Source: a virus (taxonomy: Duplodnaviria; Caudoviricetes). Taken from it: DNA of 50,708 nt. The stretch covers positions 1-50,708 of IMG/VR virus record IMGVR_UViG_3300043414_000745. One strand, 5' to 3'. Under the pieces are notes generated by a model. It was not told where the DNA came from. It saw only the letters and a list, made by a program, of their open reading frames with translations, and did not search any database. The position numbers and the translations under genes are program-made. Below, piece after piece: positions 10,073 through 17,731 of this stretch. Each line of letters starts with the position of its first letter. Position 1 is the stretch's first letter.

Positions 10073-10918
10073 TTAAACATCCTCACGCCATCCAATAAAC
10101 GACGCATTGAACGGGCGACCGTCGTCTGTGAGGTTGAGATACTTGATCGTCGCTTTCTTTTGGAAGTGATAATTGGGCGCGATAAACTCCTCGCGCTCTT
10201 CATCGGTGAAGCCCGTGCCGACTTCGAACGTCACGCCCCTTGAGGTGATGAACTTAAGTGCGCCTAGTTTACCCTTGCACTTGCCTTCGTCAGACATCAC
10301 TCGACCAATGCACTCGAACTCCGCATCGAGGAAAGCTTTGCGCTTCTGAAGGTTCATCGTCGAGCGTTCTTTCTCGCCCTGTGGCATATAGGATCCGAAG
10401 ACACTCTTGAGCATCTGGCCTTCATAGTTAAGGGCGAGATACTTTTCATAAGCCTTATCGAGTTCGATGCGTGACTTGCAGATTTCCCAGTCGATAAGAT
10501 ACATTCCGAAGGAAGTGTGATCATCACGGAGAATCTTGTCTAGCATAAGCATACGCGTCATGGCGTTGAACTTAGGCTCTACGATGTCGAATGCGTTGAA
10601 GGTTATCTTCTGGGCATTGGGGCCGGGATATATGCGAGTGACGGCCACTGCGCTATTGATAGACTGAAGGCTCATGCCGTGACAATACAACTCGCCGTCG
10701 ATGATATAGTCTGTCTTTGGCGAATTGATGTAGCGGAGAACTTGATTGTTCCAACGCTTGCCGTCTCGTGAATAAAAGCCTTGGCCGGGAAGATACATAC
10801 ATCTTAGGCCGTTAAGCTTTGGCATTGAGATCACGTGGCCGAACTTCGATGCGTCATATACGGCGGCGCGCATGAACGAGGCTGCGATTGATTCGTCTTT
10901 TATTTTAATATCTTGCAT
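10073..10918 (-). CDS. ATP-dependent DNA ligase (minimal NTase plus OB fold)
   Basis: Motif I PKLNGLRC, III IDGELY, IIIa FNAFDI, IV EGQMLK, V LQKRK; OB-fold VGTGFTDEER. Confidence 0.92.
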   Translation of the reverse strand: MQDIKIKDESIAASFMRAAVYDASKFGHVISMPKLNGLRCMYLPGQGFYSRDGKRWNNQVLRYINSPKTDYIIDGELYCHGMSLQSINSAVAVTRIYPGPNAQKITFNAFDIVEPKFNAMTRMLMLDKILRDDHTSFGMYLIDWEICKSRIELDKAYEKYLALNYEGQMLKSVFGSYMPQGEKERSTMNLQKRKAFLDAEFECIGRVMSDEGKCKGKLGALKFITSRGVTFEVGTGFTDEEREEFIAPNYHFQKKATIKYLNLTDDGRPFNASFIGWREDV

Positions 10919-10930
10919 AGTTTTGTTAAA

Positions 10931-12361
10931 TTAATATTCCCAAATCCACTGTTGAAATCCTAACATACCCTTTAGCTTAACCATACGACGCATCTCGAAG
11001 ATCACATCAATGGCTACGTTCTTAGGGTGCTTGATCTTGATCTTATAGAGAGCATCCCCAGCGACCGAGGGTGCGCCTTTGTCTGTTGTTTTCTCGGCCT
11101 TGTAGTGCATTTGACCATGAAGATATTTCACTACTTGATCCGGACTGCCGGGATTAAGGTCAAAGCCTACGAGAATTCTCAAGACGCGATTGAGCTGTTT
11201 GTATCTCTCTTCACAGCGTCTGACGATATAACCCCGCTTGACGGGATCGAAGTGCATTCCGTGGAGGGACATGAAGGCATAGTCTGCGAGGGATTGACTA
11301 GCTTGATCGACCGAGTCTTGAAGTCCACGGTCCCTTGAGATGAGATCAATCTGACCGTAGTAAATTTCTCGGAGGACAATAACGTCTTTAACATTGTAAG
11401 CGCGGAGCTGCTCAAATTGTGCTCTATTTCTAGGATCAAAGTTTCCTGCTTCATCTTTATGAAAGGGCCTGTTAGAAAAAAGCGTTGTTTGATGGGCCAG
11501 AGACTTCTCAGCCTCCGGAAAGATTCGATGGCCCGCGACCATGGTGTCATAGATATCATGGCCGAATGGGATTTTGTAGAAGGCTGCGAGAAAGCATAAG
11601 TCAAATAGAGCATTGTGAATTACTACGCGGCGCTTCTTCATCTCTCTTATGAAGCGAGCAAAGAAAACCACACCAACATTAAGATTGCCACCCCAATCAT
11701 ACACGGGAACAGAATAAACAGGGCTATCTCCGCATGCGATGGCGAGACAGGTGAGGGTGTTGGTCTTGGGGTGAGTCTCAATGTCGAAGAAGATTGGACC
11801 TTCGTGGTCGAAGACACGACAGGCGTCTTCTGCTCGATGGCAGTTGTAGACTTGGGGTTCAGGTTGAACTTTTTGGGGGTCATATGTTAGGAGTTTCTTT
11901 ACGTCTTGCGCGAACCAAAAGCTATAGTTAGATCGTTTCGTCGGGCTTGTGCTTTTGCCATCGTCTTTATCTAGGATGTCTTCGCCGTCGCCTTCGCCAT
12001 CAAGGGCATCTTCCATAGCCCACGCGTCTACGCAGTCTTGTGGCCAATAGGTTACGATGTATTGGGTTTTGTTTGTTGAGGTATAGACTACGCCGCGGAA
12101 AGCATCTAGGGTTTTATCTTTGGCGAGCGGCAGAAAGTCTAGGGCTTTAGCTCCGGCAAAGATGATCTTCTTGATTCCGCTTGGTTTGTTTGCGTTCTTG
12201 AAGAAATCGTCGGCAAAGGTTACAAAAATAGCAGATGGATTATCCAGGTCAAGATTATGATAAGCCAACACAGAACGAACAAAATCTCCGGCGGGTCCGA
12301 GAAGGATGCCGTTGTTTTCTTTATCAAATCGCGAAGGTCCATGTAGAACAAGAGCTATCAT
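10931..12361 (-). CDS. polA: DNA polymerase family A, N-terminal half: degenerate UDG-like domain, 3'-5' exonuclease and thumb
   Basis: UDG-like LHGPS...LLGPAG; ExoI FDIET, ExoII HNALFD, DTMVA, ExoIII YNVKD; thumb NPGSPDQV; ends at EMRRMVKLK. Confidence 0.88.
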   Translation of the reverse strand: MIALVLHGPSRFDKENNGILLGPAGDFVRSVLAYHNLDLDNPSAIFVTFADDFFKNANKPSGIKKIIFAGAKALDFLPLAKDKTLDAFRGVVYTSTNKTQYIVTYWPQDCVDAWAMEDALDGEGDGEDILDKDDGKSTSPTKRSNYSFWFAQDVKKLLTYDPQKVQPEPQVYNCHRAEDACRVFDHEGPIFFDIETHPKTNTLTCLAIACGDSPVYSVPVYDWGGNLNVGVVFFARFIREMKKRRVVIHNALFDLCFLAAFYKIPFGHDIYDTMVAGHRIFPEAEKSLAHQTTLFSNRPFHKDEAGNFDPRNRAQFEQLRAYNVKDVIVLREIYYGQIDLISRDRGLQDSVDQASQSLADYAFMSLHGMHFDPVKRGYIVRRCEERYKQLNRVLRILVGFDLNPGSPDQVVKYLHGQMHYKAEKTTDKGAPSVAGDALYKIKIKHPKNVAIDVIFEMRRMVKLKGMLGFQQWIWEY

Positions 12362-12672
12362 TGGAGCATGAATATATCAATACGTTTTCCGCTCTCGGTT
12401 TCTGTGTGATAGACTTTTTTATGATCGCTGTCAGAATACCTACTATGCGCATTTGTATGATCCTTTACAAATCTGAGACTTAGTATGTTGCATATTTCGT
12501 TAATGAAAGGTATTCGACAACTTGTCTTGTGAGGATAAATAATAATGTCAAGATCTTTCTCAGAAGATCCTTTGAACAGCACACTTCCTGTAAGTGCTGT
12601 GTGTACGTTATGGTCGAGGAGGAGTCTATTTGCTTGACAGCACCAAGCTAAACCTGCTTCAAATGTCCACAT
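12358..12672 (-). CDS. Minimal Pol-beta-superfamily nucleotidyltransferase-like protein
   Basis: LTGSVL...KDLDIII plus distal RIDIF; ATGA overlap with the polA start. Confidence 0.7.
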   Translation of the reverse strand: MWTFEAGLAWCCQANRLLLDHNVHTALTGSVLFKGSSEKDLDIIIYPHKTSCRIPFINEICNILSLRFVKDHTNAHSRYSDSDHKKVYHTETESGKRIDIFMLQ

Positions 12673-12694
12673 AAATAAAGAGTTAATTTTAGAT

Positions 12695-12725
12695 AAAAGA
12701 AAAGGCAGACTATTTCCGGTCTGCC
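12695..12725 (-). terminator. Intrinsic terminator downstream of the SSB gene
   Basis: GGCAGAC/GTCTGCC stem followed on the minus strand by TTTTCTTTT. Confidence 0.75.
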
Positions 12726-12833
12726 AGCGGTACGAGTAGGATGTATGTCTGAGGAAAGAAACCTCTTAGAAAGTCTCGCGGTCTCTCTAAGAGGCGCGTG
12801 TCTAGTTGATAGCAACCACTCTATCGCATAGAC

Positions 12834-13349
12834 TTAAAATTCGCACAAGAGAGCGGCGGTACCCTTGACTTGAGAGAAGTCAAACTGGGTGTTGTATCGC
12901 TTGATGATGGCCTCTCCGTTCTCGTCGCGCTTTGCGAACTTGATATCGCGAGAGTTGGAAGGATCGTCGCTCACGTATTCCGGCTGCGACTGAACGAGCA
13001 TATTGAAGGCATGACCTTGCAGAGTGGACAACGCGTCGGCTACGTCGATGTCGCTGTAGTCTTCGGGCAAACCATCATACAGACCGATAACCTGCAGCGG
13101 CGTGGCAAGAAGTTCGAGGGCAGAGTCAACGCCATTCTTGTTCTCTAGCATGATGTACATGTTGCCCTTTGCACCGAGGGTCTTATAGGTTGTACCGGCG
13201 GCGATAGCAGTCTCGGGCGCAACTATCTCGCACTCACAGACAACCATCTTGAAACCCTTTGCACTCTGGCGCGTCTCGGTGCGATGCACGAGAACCTTAT
13301 ACACGTTGGCGGGGATGAAACCGAGCTTGACTTCTGTACCTTTTTTCAT
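12834..13349 (-). CDS. Putative single-stranded DNA-binding protein (DUF669-like)
   Basis: IPANVYKVLV...SAKGFKMVVCECEIV OB-type start; next to Sak4-like ATPase and exonuclease. Confidence 0.65.
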   Translation of the reverse strand: MKKGTEVKLGFIPANVYKVLVHRTETRQSAKGFKMVVCECEIVAPETAIAAGTTYKTLGAKGNMYIMLENKNGVDSALELLATPLQVIGLYDGLPEDYSDIDVADALSTLQGHAFNMLVQSQPEYVSDDPSNSRDIKFAKRDENGEAIIKRYNTQFDFSQVKGTAALLCEF

Positions 13350-13407
13350 TTTAGTTTTGTTTGTTTTATTTGTTATTGATTATCACTATCACCGACAAAT
13401 GGGGAGG

Positions 13408-13423
13408 AGCTTTTCGTGGGCCA
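13408..13423 (-). promoter_or_regulatory. Sigma54-type -24/-12 promoter candidate
   Basis: Minus strand TGGCCCACGAAAAGCT; intergenic, upstream of the SSB gene. Confidence 0.8.
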
Positions 13424-13425
13424 GA

Positions 13426-13695
13426 TTATTGGATTCTGTTTTTAAGAATATGATCAATCGTTGTTCTTAGCATTTGATCCGTAGAATAATGAAAGTCATA
13501 CTCTCGGGCTAATTGAGTCGCATTATGTATAAGACCTTGGTAGTTGTTGATGTCGAAGCTATAGACATAACCCGTAACATTGCCATCAGAGTTCTGTTTG
13601 ACTTTAAGAATCAAGCGGATCTCGGCTTCTTGTTCTCGATATTGTTTTAAGGCTTCTTGTCCACAATATAGTTTGGGTTCAGTTTGTTCGCTCAT
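13426..13695 (-). CDS. Hypothetical protein
   Basis: 89 aa ORF tiling the operon. Confidence 0.65.
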   Translation of the reverse strand: MSEQTEPKLYCGQEALKQYREQEAEIRLILKVKQNSDGNVTGYVYSFDINNYQGLIHNATQLAREYDFHYSTDQMLRTTIDHILKNRIQ

Positions 13696-13707
13696 AATTC
13701 TTAAGGT

Positions 13708-14418
13708 TTAAGGCTTAGCCAATTCAACAGCAATCTTATTCAACGCTTTGACAACACAATTCTCCATCGGATTAGGAAGACCCCAGAAGATAGGAGTCTT
13801 TGCGGTGGTCACGCCGTCGGTCTGAGTGGCGAAGAAGTATTGTATGGTATCGCTACCTTTCTCTTTCTTTGCATACACGGACCAGACCGCGAGACACTCT
13901 GACTCGATGCCTTTGTTCGCCCACTCTTTACCTTGCACGTAGAGACGGCGACGAGTTGTCATACTGCCGTCGAGGCCTTGGATTGGGACAATTTCCTCTA
14001 ACCCCGTAATGATGACTGTCTTATCTAGCGACTTGAGATTCGTACACAAGGTCTGGATTCCATCATTGTAGTTCTTCCAGATATCAAACCCTTTGTACAT
14101 CATCTCGCACTTGACCTGAAGCTGGTCGATGGCGGCGGTGATAGAGTCGATCACGACCAGATCTTTCGTCGTGTCTTTCTTGATCTTGTTCAGCTCGACC
14201 GTGAGCTTATCATAGCTGTCGATCGGAATGACCAGTCCTTCAGTGCGCACTCGAAAGGGCATACCTTTACGCTCGGCATCGAGGATAACTGTTCGCGTGG
14301 GATCTACGTTACGGAAGGATGTAGACTTGCCGCAGCCGCTCGGACCGACGAGAGCGATCAGGGTCTTGGGCCATTGAGGTTTTGGAGTTGGGATTGTTGG
14401 GGATGTTGTAGTTTCCAT
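13708..14418 (-). CDS. AAA_24/Sak4-like ssDNA-annealing ATPase
   Basis: GPSGCGKS, ILDAE, VVIDSIT, TAKTP; synteny with PD-(D/E)XK exonuclease and SSB. Confidence 0.8.
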   Translation of the reverse strand: METTTSPTIPTPKPQWPKTLIALVGPSGCGKSTSFRNVDPTRTVILDAERKGMPFRVRTEGLVIPIDSYDKLTVELNKIKKDTTKDLVVIDSITAAIDQLQVKCEMMYKGFDIWKNYNDGIQTLCTNLKSLDKTVIITGLEEIVPIQGLDGSMTTRRRLYVQGKEWANKGIESECLAVWSVYAKKEKGSDTIQYFFATQTDGVTTAKTPIFWGLPNPMENCVVKALNKIAVELAKP

Positions 14419-14438
14419 TTTATTTAGGCTTGGCTATA

Positions 14439-15365
14439 TTACCAAGAAAGGGGTTCGTACTTTACGATGTCGCACTCAGACAGGAAGAGTTCGACTTGCG
14501 TAGCGTTGTCTGCAAAGCATAGACGCTTGAACGGGCACGAAGGACAGGCGTTGATGAGCTTGCCACTAGGCGGCGGGAGCTTATCTTTTGCCATCGCATT
14601 GTTGATGTCTTGAGAGAACAGAACGATGTTCTTCTCTAGCTCCTTGCCGAACTCTTCTAGTTGTTCGCCGGAGAAACTCCAGTCGGGACCGACGCGCCAA
14701 GCTGGAGCGGGCAAGGATATCTGAACGACCAGAGTACGGATCACCATGCGGCGATACCATGCAGCGTTGGCGTAATTGATATCGTCTTTGAAGATATCAT
14801 AGGCAAACTTTTGGAAGATGTAATAGTAATAAGAGAACTGCGTGTCGCCTTCGTAGCCCGCGACTGCGTCCTTGAATGCGTACTTGCGCGTGGTCTTATA
14901 GTCGGTGATCTGAAGGATTCCGGCCGGGGTTATAGAGAGAAGATCTACGGTGCCGACATAGGCAAAGCCCGGACGTTCTAGGTGAGGAAAGTTAAAGTGC
15001 AACTCTGCGCCTCGGAGGTCGCCGAACTTAAGCGGCGTGGGAAGTTGTTGCAGAGGCGCGGCGGTCAGAGCTTTCTTGATCTGATCTTGATCCTTCGCAG
15101 AGAGATTCTTCTCCTTAGCTTCTTTGAACGCGGCGAGACATGCATCTTGCCATGCTTCTCCGCTGCGGTCAAAGGCTATGTTCTCTGCGAACTTGTGAAT
15201 GATCTTACCGACAGTGAGAGCAGTGATGTCTTGCTTCGGCTTGAGGCCGAGGAAGACTGTGAGAAACCAACGGCGCGGACAAGCTGCGATCTTTAGACCA
15301 GATGCGTTGATGGGAATGACGGCGGGGATTCCTTTGTGAGGTAGGTCTTGATAGGTTAGTTGCAT
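14439..15365 (-). CDS. Cas4/RecB-like PD-(D/E)XK exonuclease
   Basis: CPRRW, GKIIH, GTVDLL...TDYKT, and CPSCPFKRLC (four-Cys Fe-S pattern). Confidence 0.88.
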   Translation of the reverse strand: MQLTYQDLPHKGIPAVIPINASGLKIAACPRRWFLTVFLGLKPKQDITALTVGKIIHKFAENIAFDRSGEAWQDACLAAFKEAKEKNLSAKDQDQIKKALTAAPLQQLPTPLKFGDLRGAELHFNFPHLERPGFAYVGTVDLLSITPAGILQITDYKTTRKYAFKDAVAGYEGDTQFSYYYYIFQKFAYDIFKDDINYANAAWYRRMVIRTLVVQISLPAPAWRVGPDWSFSGEQLEEFGKELEKNIVLFSQDINNAMAKDKLPPPSGKLINACPSCPFKRLCFADNATQVELFLSECDIVKYEPLSW

Positions 15366-15409
15366 TTTGAGGATGTTTTATTTTGAGGAGAAATAGATAG
15401 GGCTTTTTA

Positions 15410-15426
15410 GGCTAACCCCAAGCCAA
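15410..15426 (-). promoter_or_regulatory. Sigma54-type -24/-12 promoter candidate
   Basis: Minus strand TTGGCTTGGGGTTAGCC; intergenic, upstream of the recombination operon. Confidence 0.65.
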
Positions 15427-15429
15427 AGA

Positions 15430-15831
15430 TTACTTAGCCCTCTGGCCGAGCTTATACGTGCGCTGCTCGCTTTCGTCAGCTAGGCCTTGAAGGAAGTTTA
15501 TTGTTCCAGAAGATGCACCTTTGCAGCAGTTATCTACTTCCTTCTGGATGCGCGCTTCTACTTCAAGGAAAATCTTAGGCCATTTGTTGAGCGGCTCTAG
15601 GTCACAGAGCCACTTCGCAAGATCGGCGGCTTTGATGTTGCCGTCTGAGATGTTCGGAGATTCGCCCAGTCCGATCATTCGCTCGATGACTCCATCGTAA
15701 GCTGTCTCGTAGGTTCCATACAGATCCCCAAGGAACTCATGATCCTCGAAGAACGTAGGGCCTTGAACGGTGTTGTGTTTTTCATGCGCGGTAAGTTGGG
15801 CCGCGCGGAATAATGTAGCTAGATTGTGCAT
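15430..15831 (-). CDS. Ferritin/Dps-like protein
   Basis: AHEKHNTVQGPTFFEDHEFLGDLY...DGVIERMIGLG matches Dps ferroxidase-region motifs; start moved to the ATG at 15831. Confidence 0.8.
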   Translation of the reverse strand: MHNLATLFRAAQLTAHEKHNTVQGPTFFEDHEFLGDLYGTYETAYDGVIERMIGLGESPNISDGNIKAADLAKWLCDLEPLNKWPKIFLEVEARIQKEVDNCCKGASSGTINFLQGLADESEQRTYKLGQRAK

Positions 15832-15847
15832 TGTATGAGAAAGAAAA

Positions 15848-15929
15848 GAAGCTACCCGATGCGCGTCCCTAGGGGAAACCATTATGAAACCCTATTGCAA
15901 GAACAGCTTGCAACGCACCGAGTAGCTTC
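15848..15929 (-). ncRNA. Three-way-junction RNA structure followed by a U-tract
   Basis: 16-bp closing stem (two G-U on minus strand) enclosing TTGCAAG/CTTGCAA and TAGGG/CCCTA hairpins. Confidence 0.5.
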
Positions 15930-16446
15930 AAAGATTATTTTTATATTTGAAAGTAAAGCCAAAGCATTTTTGGCCTCGCTTAATTCTGTGAGAAACTGCC
16001 GAAGGATTGAGTCCTAATGCTAAGGACGCTTCTTTGGAGGAAGCATACTCTTCGCCAGTTTCTACACATATCACAGATTTCTGTAAATGTTTTCCAGCAT
16101 TAGGATAAGTAGTTTTAGATCGATTTTGATTGTTCTCTAAACATGTTACAAAACGGCAGTTACTAGGTTCGTAGTTACCATCATTATTTATGCGATCTAA
16201 TTGAAGACCTCGTTCAAATCCATTAGCTGTTGCCCACTTTGCAAAAGCCTGGAAGTTGTTTACCCATTCATGGCAGACTGTTATACCTCTACCACCATAA
16301 CGATTCCAGCTTTTGTAAGCTGGGTATTTACAACGCATAATCATACAACGATAAACATTATAGAGTGGTGTTTCTTTTCGAGCTTTCGTGCAAGGAAACC
16401 ACGATTGCTCAAATGTTATAGAAATTTTTGCGTTGATGTTAAACAT
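15928..16446 (-). CDS. Free-standing HNH homing endonuclease with NUMOD1-like C-terminus
   Basis: MIMRC...YGGRGITVCHEW...LDRINNDGNYEPSNCRF...NNQNR; VICVETGEEYASSKEA; more AT-rich than its neighbours. Confidence 0.9.
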   Translation of the reverse strand: MFNINAKISITFEQSWFPCTKARKETPLYNVYRCMIMRCKYPAYKSWNRYGGRGITVCHEWVNNFQAFAKWATANGFERGLQLDRINNDGNYEPSNCRFVTCLENNQNRSKTTYPNAGKHLQKSVICVETGEEYASSKEASLALGLNPSAVSHRIKRGQKCFGFTFKYKNNL

Positions 16447-16447
16447 A

Positions 16448-16672
16448 CTAAGACTTCTTAAACTTGAAGTTCATCGTCTGATTGATAATTGATTGCACAT
16501 CAATACCACGTAACAGAGGATCGTTAACAAGGTCTGCAACATTAGTGCCGGTTGGGCGGGTGTGAGGAAAGTGTCTGAGCAAGAACTTCTCTAGCTCTTT
16601 GTCTGTCATCTCTTCGACTGGTTTAGGTAGGCCGAGAAGGAGATCGAGTTCGTTGAGAGATTGATTACTCAT
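16448..16672 (-). CDS. Hypothetical protein
   Basis: 74 aa ORF tiling the operon. Confidence 0.65.
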   Translation of the reverse strand: MSNQSLNELDLLLGLPKPVEEMTDKELEKFLLRHFPHTRPTGTNVADLVNDPLLRGIDVQSIINQTMNFKFKKS

Positions 16673-16675
16673 AGG

Positions 16676-16891
16676 TCATAGAACAATACAACAGAGTTTC
16701 TTGTGCACGATTCCAGTGTCTGTCATATCTTCGAATGCATCTTCCGGAGTATTGTGTAACATGGTTGAGAACCATGCGCCGTTGAAACTGTATTGATAGC
16801 AGTAGAAGTAATGCTTCTTTGGCGGTGCGTGTTGTTCTTCTACGACGGTGGCGTGTGTGACATTATCACTGGTGGTTTCTATAGTCTTCAT
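16676..16891 (-). CDS. Hypothetical protein
   Basis: 3' part of the 16676..17260 ORF; ATG at 16891 avoids a long overlap. Confidence 0.55.
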   Translation of the reverse strand: MKTIETTSDNVTHATVVEEQHAPPKKHYFYCYQYSFNGAWFSTMLHNTPEDAFEDMTDTGIVHKKLCCIVL

Positions 16892-17312
16892 ATAGGTTTG
16901 TAAATCTGTCCGCTCTTTGTCTGATAGTGCTTGGGAGTTTAGCAAGAGTGTAACCTCTGCGAGAGTAAGCTGCAAGTCCAATATTCCACGCGGCGTAAAC
17001 ATCCTGTGGGTTTGGATGCTTTGTTTTTTTGAGGAGACATAGCTTGAGTTCAAGCCAGCATAGATGCGCTTTAGCGCAGCGCCTTGCTTCTGCTGGAACA
17101 TGGCGCATATCTTTCTCGTCAGGGAAATGCTGTCGCCAGACGGCGCGTTTGATTTGATAGCGTGAGAGTTCACCGTGTCGGCCTTTGGCTTTGTCATTGT
17201 CGTTGCTTTCGATCTGGCTAATGGCTCGGAGCTTTGCTTCAAAGTCTTGATGCAGCGCAATGAGTGTTGTTTCTGTGGCGAGGATTGTTATGGCTAGCAT
17301 GAGAGATTTCAT
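16866..17312 (-). CDS. Lysozyme-like/lytic transglycosylase protein with N-terminal hydrophobic segment
   Basis: AISQIES (catalytic Glu), GELSRYQI, YAAWNIG; hydrophobic N-terminus MKSLMLAITILAT. Confidence 0.75.
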   Translation of the reverse strand: MKSLMLAITILATETTLIALHQDFEAKLRAISQIESNDNDKAKGRHGELSRYQIKRAVWRQHFPDEKDMRHVPAEARRCAKAHLCWLELKLCLLKKTKHPNPQDVYAAWNIGLAAYSRRGYTLAKLPSTIRQRADRFTNLYEDYRNHQ

Positions 17313-17722
17313 AGCGGTGGCCAGAAGTAAGGTAGATTGTCGGGTATGTTTGGAAAGTGTGGTCTATAGTAGTCTGCTTTCTTGCGGATCAGATTACTCT
17401 GATGTGTCTTGTGTAGATAACAGCCGAGCCAGTGTGGCTGGATGACGTAAGGATATGTTAGGATCTCTCGTTCAAAGTGAGGCAGGAGATTGTCAACGTA
17501 GCCACGCCGACGGGCTTCTTGACAGATCTTGATGGAGTAAAGACATAGCCAAGCTTGATAGTTTTTGACCATGCGCACGGCGGGATGGCTAGCCCAACCG
17601 CTTGACTTACCTTGTAGGGTGTTGAGGATTTGATAGCTCTCGACACGCTGTTTCATGAGCCGCTGGGTATCGAGGACGCGGGCAGACTGTTCGATGTCTG
17701 CGTAGGGTAGGAAGATTTGCAT
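17309..17722 (-). CDS. Pyrimidine-dimer DNA glycosylase/endonuclease V family
   Basis: MQIFLPY...SARVLD..RL.KQRVE..QIL...W..HPAV.M...HQSNL.RK..YY. Confidence 0.88.
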   Translation of the reverse strand: MQIFLPYADIEQSARVLDTQRLMKQRVESYQILNTLQGKSSGWASHPAVRMVKNYQAWLCLYSIKICQEARRRGYVDNLLPHFEREILTYPYVIQPHWLGCYLHKTHQSNLIRKKADYYRPHFPNIPDNLPYFWPPL

Positions 17723-17731
17723 TCTGTTATT

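Noticed and set aside
10070-10930. Group I intron or intein interrupting polA
   Set aside because: Spacers are only 12 and 3 nt, leaving no room for a ribozyme core; both junctions carry stop codons and no intein splicing motifs; the insert is a ligase
9077-12361. Stop-codon reassignment fusing Pol-ligase-Pol
   Set aside because: Both stops are TAA, which ends many well-defined genes here; TAG and TGA also end genes and ORFs tile well under the standard code
14439-15365. CRISPR-Cas system suggested by the Cas4-like nuclease
   Set aside because: No repeat-spacer array or other cas genes seen; context is the usual exonuclease-Sak4-SSB recombination module
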